The notes under the pieces were generated by a model. The model saw nothing but the letters and a program-made list of their open reading frames with translations, was not told the DNA's origin and made no database searches. The translations under genes and the position numbers were made by a program. Shown here piece after piece: positions 23,115 through 36,919 of a DNA stretch of 64,000 nucleotides; position 1 is the first letter of the stretch; the number at the start of each line of letters is the position of its first letter. The DNA comes from Octopus bimaculoides (lineage: Eukaryota): positions 13,111,124 through 13,175,123 of the forward strand of contig NC_068995.1 of NCBI RefSeq assembly GCF_001194135.2, in the 5' to 3' direction.

Positions 23115-23909
23115 TCTTTAGTCAGAACAGTAGAAATGTTCAACTGGTATATGACTGACTTCACTAACTGCTTGTACGTGATATCCAACACCCAAGATTT
23201 TTCTATCACTGGAATCATCTGTAAAAAAAAATAAAAGGAGAAAAAGGTAAATATTTAACAAACACCAAATACATTTTTGCTTTCATTCATATATTTATAA
23301 TTGGTTATCATGTATAACTCTTTGACAGACTTGTTAAATACTTGTTAAATTTGGCTACATTTAAGACCTAGCTATCAGCTCACACTAGCCATAACTGGTT
23401 TTCATCATCACTATCATCATTAAACGTTTTCCATGCTGACATAGGTTGGACATTTGACAGGTACTGATGAGCCAAAGACTGCAAAGTTCCAATGTCTTTG
23501 TTGGCATGGTGGTTTCTATGGCTGGATGTCCTTCCTAACACCAACCACTTCACAGAGTGCATTAGGTGCTTTTTACAGGGCACCAACACTAGCTGAGGTC
23601 ACCCAGAAGTAACCCAGAAGACAAGCCCCGCCAACTGAGGGGGTGCAGCACTGAGGGAGGTGGCATTGTACCAAGAGATGAGAGATTATAAAGTCTGATA
23701 ATAACATCTAATCTCACAGAGTTACAAGTCACACTTTCATCATTTCTGTATAAAACCAAATATATTTAATTTCATGACTGTTATGAATAACTATCAAATG
23801 TGCTAGAGGGGGCAGAGATAAAATGAGTGACAAATTTTATACCAAAATATTTCAGGCAGGGAGACTCAATATGTTATCACAATGAAACTTTGAATAAACA
23901 ATTTATTAA

Positions 23910-24130
23910 CCCTTTCATTACCAACCCGGCTGAAACCGGCTCTGGCTGCGTAGTACAACTGTCTTGTTTTCATAAGTTTTGAATTAAAATCTACCACCAA
24001 ACCTTAGTCACAATTTATGTTCCTAACACAAGCTTAATGATAACTAAGTCATTTTACTAAATTCCTTGTTATATTTAAAATAATTGAAAGAAACAGAGAG
24101 CTTCTCAAAATAAATACAGTAACAAAAGGG
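23910..24130. mobile_element. TTAA-targeting MITE family Y, 221 bp (opposite orientation)
   Basis: TTAA|CCCTTT...AAAAGGG|TTAA; reverse complement of 12476-12697. Confidence 0.85.
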
Positions 24131-25963
24131 TTAATGCTGATAACAGAATGGTAATTTCTGTTGACCGAGACATTTCACCATCCACAAAAGTAGCAACATT
24201 TACCCATGTTGTAGAATATTTGTTGAATTAGGGAATGTGAATATAAAAGGCTAAGCAAACAAAACTTATTGTAAATGCATCAAACGATGGCTGGAATGTT
24301 GATGGTACAATGCATTAATCAATGCAATCAACAGATAAAACAGGGCTGATATTATTTGTGCAATATTATATTCAAAGAAAATGTCGGTTTTGTTTCATAG
24401 TCACTTTATTTTTTAACTATTATACTAACAGTATTTCATGTATAAACCTGACAGGAGTCACACTTGGAAACTTTAACCCTTTGGCATTCAGATCATTCTA
24501 TCAAGTGTAACACTTCCTTATTCACATTGTTTTAAACTTATCCTGCTATTATCTTGTAGCCTTGATATTTCAGTTTATGTGACTGTACATTTTCTAGACT
24601 AACATATTTGAGTAGGTGTGAGAGGCTGGATCTGGCCAGTTTGAACATATAACAGGAAAAATATTGTGGCTGGATAAGGCCAGTTTAAGGTAATCCTACA
24701 ACACCTGCTACAATAAAGAAAATGCCAACCTAAGCAGTGTGCAGGGGTTAGTGTCATCTAACCCTTTTGATACCAATCCACCTGAGATAACCCCTGACAC
24801 TATAATACAAACTTCCTGTTTTCTTTTAATATTCCAAAAGAAATATAGTAACAAAGGGGTTAATCAAAACCGTTTTAATAAGGAAACAAAACTGCACCCC
24901 TAGATTCAATTTAGCAAGTATTTACAGTGGTGTTAACACTTATCATTAATACAAAATTAATTATTAACATATATCTCATGTTAGGCCTTGTAATAATACT
25001 AATAACAGCAGGACTTATATGATACTAGCAGTATAACCCGACCTTGNNNNNNNNNNNNNNNNNNNNNNNNNNNNNNNNNNNNNNNNNNNNNNNNNNNNNN
25101 NNNNNNNNNNNNNNNNNNNNNNNNNNNNNNNNNNNNNNNNNNNNNNCACACACACACACACACACATTTCCATCTCATGACAGAAAAAGAAAGTATTTAA
25201 ATACATATTATACTGCTATTTTTTAATGCTTCTTCTTTCCTATACACACACGTGTGTGTATGTGTATATACATTATATATATATATATTATATATATATA
25301 TATATATATTCACACAGTCTAAATGCCTGTGTGTATGTGTGTCACTTGTATATTGTTTACTGATTGTAATTTAATGTGGGCTGTTAAGTTTCCTTTTCAA
25401 TTCTATTTTCTACTCTCTGACTACTCTTTTACAGAGAAAATATTAATAAGACCGACTTTCTCAGAATTATAGGGTTAAGAAAATTGTTAACATTTGACAT
25501 GATTTTTTTTTTTTTTTTTTTCACAACAGAAAAAAAATAAGCTGTATCTAAATATATACAATACTGCTACTATTTCACTGCTACTTTAAAAATTTTTAAA
25601 TTTGTCTTCTTTCCTAAATTTTAAACACATCTCATTCTGAATCTTTTGATAATCTTCTGTTTTTTAAAACTTCCATATCAGTTTTATATATTGGAAAATA
25701 CTGTTTTGTTTTCTGTTAAGCAATGAATGAAGAGGCTAAAAATACGTATTTATAGGACAGCATACAACCAAACAACATTCAAGCATTTATCTTTTTTGCG
25801 CTTTATGCATTGCGGTCATGTTGTATTGAATTTTTCAGCAAGCTGCCAAAAATATTTTGAAGCATGCTACATATTTCCTATGNNNNNNNNNNNNNNNNNN
25901 NNNNNNNNNNNNNNNNTTTTAAATAAGTGTGATAATTGTTTTAATTAATCTGAAACAACATTC

Positions 25964-25998
<35 letters not shown>

Positions 25999-27886
25999 GA
26001 TGCTACTATCAATTTATGTAGAGAGAGAATTACTACACACACACACACACACACACAGATTGGATAAGAACTACCAACACGAAAGTTTCAAGTTCAAATT
26101 CTCTGAATGTGCTTTGTCATTCATTTTATTTGAGAAAGTCCTTTTAATTCGATACAGCCTAGTTTTTACGTAGACGCACAGAGATGTTACCTGTGATTAT
26201 AACACGACATCCTAGCCAATATGAAACGTATCGCTTATCTGCTTAACACTTGCAAAAGTAAAAGCCATGCATAAGGACAGGCTTTTATAAGCTTCTTGAA
26301 ACTCAGGCAACATTTACAAAGAAAGAGATACATAGACAAACAGCGATAAGAGACAGAGAGAGAGGGAGAGGTCATTTCAGCTAATTAGAACAAGAAAATT
26401 ATCACTTACATCAAACATTAAGTTTAAGACCATCTCCATAGATCTGCTGAAGCAGGCCTAAGTAGAGTTACACAGCAACAGCTGACCTTTATTAATGTAG
26501 CAAATGTCAAACACATGGTTCAGGTTATCAACAGACAGTTCATTGAAATTATCTAGAACTGTGTCAGCTGATTACTTTGTAGCAATCACTTTATAGTAAT
26601 TCTTAGTAATAATAGTGAGTTGGTAGGCTACATACATTTCTCTTGAACTTGGAATACTTTCTCTCTTAAATCTAAACCAATGGCAGGTTTTAAAATTGGT
26701 TTTACTATATATTGCTAGCATAGTAAAATTTATTATTCAATTTTTTTTATAGGCGTAGGCAGGAGTGGCTGTAGTAAGTAGCTTGCTTACCAACCACATG
26801 GTTCTGGGTTCAGTCCCACTGAAATTTTTTTTTTTTAAACATCCTTTACTTTTGTTCTAAATGTAATTTAATATCTTTTGAAGTTGAAGAATGATATGCT
26901 GGTTGAAAGTGAGTGTGAAAATATATGCAAGTTAATTTCGTATAAGAAACTAGGTTTTATAAGATCTAGGAGTGGAGTGTCATTGCCCGAATCAAATTCC
27001 TGTATGCAAGAACAGATACGACTGTTTTTACAGATTTGGAATTTGGTGCAGAAATGTTCTACAGCAACTCAATGCAAAATAGGAGTGGAAATTTCTGAGT
27101 CAGAGAGCATGAGAAAACCAAATATAATCAGTTGATTTGCAATAGACTTAGTGGCAGTCTGTACCAACGAATTCAACAGACTAACAGCAAAACAATTGAG
27201 AAGTATTAAAGAAAGCTAGCGAAAGAAAAAAAAAAGAAAATGGAGAAATATGAAATCTTTCTAAATCAGAAAAATAAAAGGATATTTCCGGAGTATTTTT
27301 ATCATTTATCATTCACTTGTTTCAGGTCATTAGACTGTGACCATGCTGGGGCACCACCTTGAAGAATTTTAGACGACTAAATCAACCCCAGTACTTATTC
27401 TATCAGTCTTTTTTTTTTTTTCTGCTGAACCACTGAATTACAGGGGTGCAAACACTTCAACACTAGTTGGAAAGCAGTGGTAAGGAGGGCAAACACAAGA
27501 TAATGACTGATACACACACACACGCATATATATAGAGAGAGAGAGTTTGGAGGGATATATTATCTGGGCAGATACCATATTAGCTCTCAGTTAAGTTCCA
27601 GTTAACGGCTAACAACAACAGTGCTGCATTGAAAATACCGTATCTTTCTACCCTATCATGACTTTATATTTACACATACACATATCTTACACCACAAGGC
27701 AGATTCTAAGAAAGAAAAAAGAAAAATTAGATAGTACTTAACTGGTAGTTTAGACCCCACCACCACTACCACCACAATAAATGGAAAACAAAGTTAACCC
27801 CGGTAGAATTTGAACTCAGAGCATAGAGAGCTGGAATAGAAGGGACTTTATCCAACATTCTAACAACTGCCAATTTACTACCGTAT

Positions 27887-27919
<33 letters not shown>

Positions 27920-28213
27920 TCTTGCTATTTTTTTTCTTTTGCTCAATAATTTGAAATAACTTGAGAAAATATCAGAAAAGCAGAAGATATTGATTGCACT
28001 TGGAGCAAGAGTTATCCGACTATTAGAAATAGCAGCCAGTCTCCTTCATATCACACCTATTGTCTTATAAACAGAATATACTGAATAATTCCTAAGTGCA
28101 AAAAGAAGCTCCGAGTGGTTACAGATGGATTATTCGCGATTGCAGCTAATCCTAGAACTCATGCAACAGAATAAACATCTCATTGTGTCTAACGTGTAAT
28201 AGCTATCTTTGGT

Positions 28214-28625
28214 ATCATCATCATCATCGTTTAACATCCGCTTTCCATGCTAGCATGGGTTGGACGAGTTGACTGAGGACTGGCGAACCAGATGGCTACA
28301 TCAGGCTCCAATCTGATTTGGCAGAGTTTCTACAGCTGGATGCCCTTCCTAACGCCAACCACTCCAAGAGTGTAGTGGGTGCTTTTCCATGCCACCGGCA
28401 CGAAAGCCAGTCAAGAGGTACTGGCAACGGCCACACTCAAAATGGTGTATTTTACATGCCACCTGCACAGGAGCCAGTCAAGCGGCACTGGCAACGATCT
28501 CGCTCGAATGTCTTTTCACGTGCCACCGGCACAAGTGCCAGGAAGGCAACGTTGGTAACAATCATGCTCAAATGGTGCTATCTACGTGCCACTGGCACGG
28601 AAGACAGACAGCTGCTCTGGCAACG
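28214..28625 (-). mobile_element. Retroposon family B
   Basis: Closely matches 9833-10295. Confidence 0.85.
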
Positions 28626-28878
28626 TTTAATATAATTAATATTGTTTCATCACTGCAAACTGGGTTTTGGGATTCTCTTATGATACAGTCTTGCCTAGAG
28701 AAACAGCTAACCATTCAGTAAAATTGTTCTANNNNNNNNNNTTTTTTTTTTTTTTTTTTTTTTTTTTTTTTCTTTAATAGAAATAGCTTTTCAGATGTAA
28801 ATCAAATTTATATTTAATTTACTTCGGAACAAACCATCAGTAACAAATAACCAGACAGCTGTGGGAGGAGGTAGTTAC

Positions 28879-28943
28879 CTGTGATGGAGTTGTGTGTCAT
28901 CTCCATGGAAATATTTTAAGCCTTGTGTCTATGCGATAAAACG
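28879..28943 (-). other. Candidate 65-nt 5'-UTR exon of SFMBT containing a uORF start (CCATGG)
   Basis: Acceptor catattctatag| and donor CAG|GTAACT; stops in all three frames; no transcript evidence available. Confidence 0.55.
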
Positions 28944-29174
28944 CTATAGAATATGAAATGAGTTTAGAAATAACAGTGCCCATAGCTTTTTCAGTGCTGC
29001 TACTGTCTAGTAAATTCAAGGTCACCGATATTTAGCTTCAATTCCTGAATTTATTTAGATCATAGTTTGTGAAGACAGATGTGCAGGAGGAAAAGTATTC
29101 CAAGAGATTACATTTCTAGGAGAGGAAGGACCAGGTACAGCATTTTGTACAGAGTGTATTGCCGATATTTATAA

Positions 29175-29385
29175 CCCCAGGTCAGGCCTGATCAAACAGA
29201 CCAGTGATCGAAGGCAGTCCAACCACGACTTTCTCATTTCTTTCCCACGTGAAGAGAATTCGGAATCACATTGTCCAAATTGTCCATTTCTAAGATGGAA
29301 GAGTGTATAATTTGGGGGGAGATTTGACCGCAGTTTTTAGCAGGTCAAGTGACTATGTAGAGGCTCTCTCATTGGCTCAACAAGT
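29175..29385. repeat. Old dispersed repeat family F (motif GATTTGGCTGCTATTTCTAGCAGG)
   Basis: Diverged copies of the motif recur near 13985, 20600, 30120, 38360, 38585, 47290, 51625 and 54930; class not determined. Confidence 0.55.
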
Positions 29386-30514
29386 ACAGTGTGATGTGAG
29401 CAGATCACAGCAGACACAATGAATACAAGACATTGGACTATGCTAGAGTTATACTGTTTGCAAGTTCAGAGGAGTATACAACATTACATATCACTTATGT
29501 ACAGTGACTCAAGTGTTTAAATTGCTATACAGGGTATTCAAGCCTAGCTATAGCAATTATTCTACCTCTAGGTAAAGTACACAAAACTCATTTTTGCTTT
29601 TCTTTCTGCTTATTAAACCAAATTCTACTCCCACTTAACCGTTGAGTGGTTAACTTTGGAAAGAACATCCAGCTGTATTAAACACACACACACAAAAATA
29701 AAAAAACTTATTCCAGATAACAAGCAAATCTATTTCTTACAATATCTTTTGTTTCAGTCATCAGACTGCAGCCAAGCAAGGGCACCACCTTGAGGAATTT
29801 TAGTAGAATGAATCGACCCCAGGACTTTTTTTCTAAGCCTTACTCTAAGTACTAAGCCTTTTTCTAAGTACTTACTCTATCAGTTGCTTTTGTCGAACCA
29901 CAAAGTTACAACACTGGTTGTCAAGCGATACTGAGGGACTGACAGAGACGTAAAGACACACAAATATATACAACAGGCTCTATCTCCCCATTACCTACAG
30001 CTAGGCTGCTGTTTAGCCCCAGGTTAGCATTCACTGACTAAAACTAATTATCAAAGGTATTCTTGTCATGACCATGCCTTCATTTTTAAGATCACAGAAT
30101 GTGATCTGATTGATACTTGGCTGCCATTTCAAGCAGATCGACCAAACACCTACAATGTACAATGATTACAGCTAAGTTGTTCAATCCCAAGCAAGCCCTA
30201 AATGAGCAGATCTATGCTCAAAAGTGTCTTTGTCATGACCATGTTGTCATTTTATAGAATGTGAGATAATTTGGTTGTTATTTCCAACTGGTCAAGTGAC
30301 CGTGTAGAAGTCCTACCATTGCAACACTATAGCTACAAAGAATTTAAGTCTCTTGTCATGAAACACAACAGAATAACTGGAGTAGATATAACCTACCAAT
30401 CTATGAGTTGTTAATCAAATACTTCCTCATCTGAGCCTATTCATGTCAACAAAAGCAACACCCCTTAATCTTCTAGCATTCAGATTACTCTATTAAAGCT
30501 AATGTTTATTTATT

Positions 30515-30915
30515 CATATGGTTCCAGGTTCAGTCCCACTGAGTAGCACCTTGGGCAAGTGCCTTCTACTATAGCCTCAGGCCAACCAAAGCCTTGCGAG
30601 TAGATTTAGTAGAAGGAAACTGAAAGAAGCCCGTTTTATATATAAATATATGTACATACACATGTATGTATGTATGTATGTATAGTTAATGTGTGTCGGT
30701 GTCATTGTTTGTTCCTCCATCACCACTTGACAACCCTTGTTGGTGTGTTTAAATCCCTGTAACTTAGCAGTTCGGCAAAAGTGACAGATAGAATAAGAAA
30801 TAGGATTTTTTTTTTTTAATAAGTGCTGGGGTCGATTTGTTCAACTAAAACCCTTCAAGGTGATGCTTCAGAATGACTGCAGTCAAATGGCTGAAACAAG
30901 TAAAAGAATAAAAGA
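30515..30915 (+). mobile_element. SINE family A
   Basis: Same head and body as the other family A copies. Confidence 0.75.
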
Positions 30916-32104
30916 ATTGTTCTGAATTTGTCTCATAGCTTTGAGATTTCGATAATGCGATTGTTTATACTTTGAATTACATTGTCAAGTAGGTTTAAGA
31001 GGCCAGATTTGACTAGTTTAAATACTAAACAGTTAAACCAAGTTATCACAGTTTTAACAGATATTTTATAACGTTAGCAATGCTTATAAACTGGAAAATT
31101 AAATTGTTAATCCTTTTATTTCTATATTTCTGTTAAAATACACTGCTTCGTTTAAATTAATTTCGAAATTAATGAAGAAAATAACTGAAGTAAAAGAATC
31201 TAGTAAACCTAACTTAGTGTTTGGAACATAAATTAACATTTTGATGGAAGTTTTTTTTTATTTAAAGCAATTTAAAACAGGAAGATTGTAACATACTGCT
31301 AGGGGCGGTCTCAGAAGAGTTTAATTAGTTATGCCACATAACTCAAAACAATCATATTAAGTAATTAAGTAGTGTAAAAGAGGCGGGGATCATTACTTTA
31401 TATCAAAATCAACTAATTTGTTTGAAATAACGATGCATATATCATTGGTAATGAACACCTAAATGAGAACAGCACCATCTGGAAGATTTTGTCTCACAAA
31501 GTCAGAGCCTCTAAAGAGAAGTCATTTTAAAAGACAAAATCTTACAGCTAGTACAAGTTTACATTTGCAGATATGTTATATATACATTGTTATGGTAATC
31601 TAATGCTGTTTGAAGTGCTTATATTAATTTTTTTCAAAACTTTAAATGCAATTCGTATATCTACATACATGCTCAACGATGTATATGCACCCACACACTT
31701 ACACACACAGAGTAACAAGCAGGGAGATGCTATGTTGACACAACCCATTCAACCCATGATAGCAAGAAACACTGGACATAAAACAATGATGATGATGATT
31801 GATTGATTGATTGATTGATAGTGTGTGTGTGTGTGTGTGTGTGCTGTCATATATGTCTATGTTCACAGCAAAAATGTCTAGATTTCAAAATTAATATAAA
31901 AATTGCATTTGTTTTTGCAAGGGTTTTTAACATTATATATAATTTTTTTTTCTCCGTGTTTTTCTCCTTGTCTCCGTATTCTTTCTGTTGAAGAGCGTAG
32001 CTCGAAACGTCAAAGACTTTCCGTATTCCCGAGCGTCATACTAATATATACTTTTGTTATTTACACCACCTGTCCTCGTCTGTTGTTATTTTTTGTATAT
32101 TCTC

Positions 32105-32147
<43 letters not shown>

Positions 32148-32684
32148 CACACACACACACACACACATGTAGATATTTGTATTTCTTGTTGGTTTAAGTC
32201 ATAAGCCATTACTCTTGATTTTCTGAATATATTCACTTCATCAAACAGCAGCCATAGCAGANNNNNNNNNNNNNNNNNNNNNNNNNNNNNNNNNNNNNNN
32301 NNNNNNNNNNNNNNNNNNNNNNNNNNNNNNNNNNNNNNNNNNNNNNNNNNNNNNNNNNNNNNNNNNNNNNNNNNNNNNNNNNNNNNNNNNNNNNNNNNNN
32401 NNNNNNNNNNNNNNNNNNNNNNNNNNNNNNNNNNNNNNNNNNNNNNNNNNNNNNNNNNNNNNNNNNNNNNNNNNNNNNNNNNNNNNNNNNNNNNNNNNNN
32501 NNNNNNNNNNNNNNNNNNNNNNNNNNNNNNNNNNNNNNNNNNNNNNNNNNNNNNNNNNNNNNNNNNNNNNNNNNNNNNNNNNNNNNNNNNNNNNNNNNNN
32601 NNATATATTTTCAATAGATATTTATCAAAACAATTTATATTTACTTAATTACATTTCTGGCCATTTACGTTCTAATATTAATGA

Positions 32685-32736
<52 letters not shown>

Positions 32737-33686
32737 AGCAATGATGTCTATAGCAATTAACAGTTAATGTCAGGAAAATTAATAATGGTCATAAATTTCT
32801 AATAGAGACTAATGAAGTGTGATATTTTCAGCATGTTATTAGTTATCGAAATGATGAAAGTAATGGACTAACAAAGGCACTGGGTTGTATGATAAAGATT
32901 GTGTTATATTCACAGTTTCTTTACCTGAGACAAAATACTATCCTTATGTCTCAGATGAACCCACAACCTATGAGTTAGTAATCCAGTTGTGTGGACAATC
33001 ATAGCCACACAACCAGTTCACTTCTACAATAAAAATACTAGGCTGAAATATATAACTACTTCAACTTAATTCAACTATCTCCGGCTTAGAGTCTAAGCAT
33101 GGTGGTGATTGCCACAGCGTTTAAACGCAGGTGTAACTACATTGAGCAAACTTAAGATGAAAATATTCCAACTAAACCACCCTGTGCCTACTTTCTTTTT
33201 TAAGACAGTTTGGTTTGAGAGAGAAGATGGTTGTTGTTTTAAACACTTTGGGCAACTACATAAATGCTCCCTGGTTTAGTAATGATGTGAAACTTGTTTC
33301 TCAGCTAACATAATTAATATTCCTATACCGGAGAGCAGGTGAAGGAAGTTGATTTATATTGAGTGGCGGATCACATGCATAGGAGTGCCCTCACAGACAC
33401 ACATAAGCAACAGTAACATACTGAAATAGTTTGATCATCATCATTGTTTTAACATCCGCTTTTCCACACTTCAGTGGATGAAAAAAAAATTCACTGAAAC
33501 AGATGCTCTCTTCTTGTCACTAATCTTCATCTGTTTCCATGCAAGGTAATATTTCCCCAAGTCCTTCAAACACTAACATTTCAATGGACATGTTTTCACA
33601 GAAGATGGTAAACAAATGACACTTTTTGTATGAATGGTGATTTTCTTTACAATCAGCACACAAACACACAAATGCATTTGTGTGTA

Positions 33687-33725
<39 letters not shown>

Positions 33726-35257
33726 AGTTTGGAAACGCCAATATATAAAAAATGAATTTTAATTTATAATTGTGTCAGAGATATTTTTAACATGTTTCGG
33801 TTCTTGAAAAAATGAACCTTATCAAAAATACATGTTTAAAAAAATGAAATTAAATGAAAAGTTCATAATTCTTCCTTACTGGTGTCAACAGTCCAGGTGG
33901 GAGCATTTTTTGTTGGTTGTAGTAGTAGTAGTGACCGTGTTGGTAATGATATATATATATCTTTTATCTCCTTGTTTCAGTTATTAGACAGTGGTCATAC
34001 TGGGGCACCAACTAGACAAATTTTTAGTCAATTGAATTGATCTCAGTACTTTTTTTTTATAAAGCTTAGTACTTATTTTATCAATCACTTTTGCCGAACT
34101 GCTAAGTTATGGGGACATAAACACACCAACTCTGGTTGTCAAGAGGTAGTGGGGGGGACAAACATGACACACAACAGGCTTCCTTCAGTTTCCATTTACC
34201 AAATCCACAAGGCTTTGGTCGGCCTAGGGCTCTAGAAGACATTTGTCCAAGGTGCCATGCAATGGAACTGAACCTAGAACCATGTGGTTGGGAAGCAAGC
34301 TTTTTACTACAGCCATACAACACATGCATTTATTTATTTATATATATACATACACACACATTAGCATTTATACATACTTTATACACACACATAACAGGCT
34401 TCTTTCAGTTTCCATTTACCAAATTCATTCACAAAACTTTGATTGGCCAGAGGCTCAAAGAGAAGACATTTGCCCAAAGTGGTCTTCTGAATCATACAGA
34501 CAAGCCTATGTTTTTTCAAAGTTCATCATAGCCTTGTTAAGAAAAAAAAAAAAAAATCTAATTTATCCATTTCTTCAAACATTAGAAATTGATTATATAT
34601 TTATTACCTTCCTACAGTACTGTGAGGATAAAGATATACACACACACACACACGCATACACCTCAAATCCCACCCCCACCCTTAATATCATTACAGTAAA
34701 ATGATATGAAGATAAAATTATAGAAGAAAAATTTTTTTGGTTTTTTTTTGGGGGGGTTTTTTCTAAATTAAACTTCAACATATTCCTCAATGTTTGAAGT
34801 ATGTTAGTGATTATATTTATGATGACTAACTGCTGAGATAGCTGAAATATCTCACGTGTAAAGTTTTCATTCGAAAGACGGAAGAGAGAAAGAACGAATG
34901 AAAACGAGGAGAGAAAATTGTTTTTAATCTTGTAACACATATGCAACGAAGAAGAAGAAGAAGAAGGAAGGCCTGCAAAGACTGTAATGGGAAATTAGAA
35001 TATGGTATTGCTAAGAATGCAGCAGAAGCAATTCCAAACACCCAGTCTTTGGTGACACTACAATGCTTGCTATAAAAAGACTATCAATCAAGGCTTGTTC
35101 AACACTTCATTCAGTGTAGAAGAAGCAGCAGCAGCTGCTGTTATTGTTGTTGTTGTGCTGAAGGTCAGCCCTAATCAAACATACTAATAATCAAGAGACT
35201 TCCAGCCATGACTACCACACCTTTTTTTTCCATCTGTATCAAGGACCACATTACCCA

Positions 35258-35297
<40 letters not shown>

Positions 35298-36525
35298 GAA
35301 ACATTCCTGTCACATGGGACCTTGGAGACTGCTAAAATGTAAGAAAGTATACTAGTCCTTTGATATTTAATATTCAATATTTCATTTATTAAATAAGACA
35401 ATACTTCATTTCATTTTACTATACCTACTACTATATATACTATATATTCTATATCCTATATTAATATTATAAGAATATAAATAAAACAAAAAAAAGACAG
35501 AGTTGGAATTCCTTTGAATAATATATATATATATATATATAAAGATGACAGCTATTTTTAGCAAGTCAAGCAAACAATCACAAAGCTTTTCTCACAGGCA
35601 GGATTCAGGCACACAATTTTGGTGTTGCTGTCTGATACTGAAGGTACCAAACTTGAAGATGATCATACAAATGATTGTTGTTCTAAGTTTCTCGACATCG
35701 TACCCCGCTTTTTTTTTTTTTTTTTTGAGAAGAAAACCAAAATACTAAAACCCTCCTCTCCCTCCAACCAAACATCCTATAAAGTTTAACAATAGTGATA
35801 TTGCTGTAGAAATATAGCATTTTAATAGAAGACAGTTTCATTCATAAATCTTCAACAAAGTTTTAGAAATACTCATAATATACTACAATACTTAAGCTCT
35901 TAGTGTTCACTGTACTTTTCAACCTATGCTAATTAATATAGGGGGAGGTTAACAAAAACTTAAAACCTATTGATAGTTCCATAATTGTCTTTTCCAAATA
36001 TTTTAAACATCTTTCTTTTCTTGTAAGTTTTTAGCAAACTGATAAAATGATTAAAATATTTAAATTTGATTTAGGGGATTAATTTAGTCAATATATATGT
36101 GTGCATGTGTATGTGTGTGTTGTGTATCTTAAGGAGTATTTTTTAAAATAAAAAAAACATTTCAAGATAAAATAAAAGCCAAGCATATTAATTATATAAT
36201 TAGCAGATAATACAAAACTGAAATAGAGTGAGAAAAAGCCCTTTATCATTTATCATTTAATTAAAATATAAATATCATTATCATGTAACGTCAGTAAAGT
36301 TTTGAGGTCTGTGCCAAATCCCTGAGTCATGCTGTTCTGCACAGTCAACTATTTTAACTACATTACACAACACAGAACATGGATATTTTAAATGGAGAAA
36401 ACAATCATGTGTTATATAATTATACATGTTAATTAACTTTTAAATGATTTATAGTTTAGATTGTCTCATGTCAAAAAAAAAAATAGCAACTTATTTGTTC
36501 TTAAACTCGAAATGGACCACCCACT

Positions 36526-36714
36526 TTTATTCTTTTACTTGTTTCAGTCATTTGGCTGTGGCCATGCTGGAGCACCGCCTTTAGTTGAGCAAATCGACCC
36601 CAGGACTTATTCTTTGTTAGCCTATTACTTATTCTATCGGTCTCTTTTTGCTAAGTTACGGGGACGTAAACACACCAGCATCGGTTATCAAGTGATGTTG
36701 GTGGGGACAAACAG

Positions 36715-36756
<42 letters not shown>

Positions 36757-36919
36757 GACGGGCTTTTTTCAGTTTCCGTCTACCAAATCCACTCACAAAG
36801 CTTTGGTCAGCCCGAGGCTATAGTAGAAGACACTTGCCCAAGGTGCCACGCAGTGGGACTGAACCCGGAACCATGTGGTTGGTAGGCAAGCTACTTACCA
36901 CACAGCCACTCCTGCACCT
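36526..36919 (-). mobile_element. tRNA-derived SINE family A (near full length, central (TA)n)
   Basis: Minus-strand head AGGAGTGGCTGTGTGG (A box) ... GGTTCAGTCCC (B box), then CCTTGGGCAAGT, which resembles the CORE domain. About 20 copies or fragments occur in the window. Confidence 0.85.

Noticed and set aside
33850-33930. Minus-strand donor-like CCA|GTAAGG
   Set aside because: No acceptor nearby; the upstream sequence is simple repeat and SINE.
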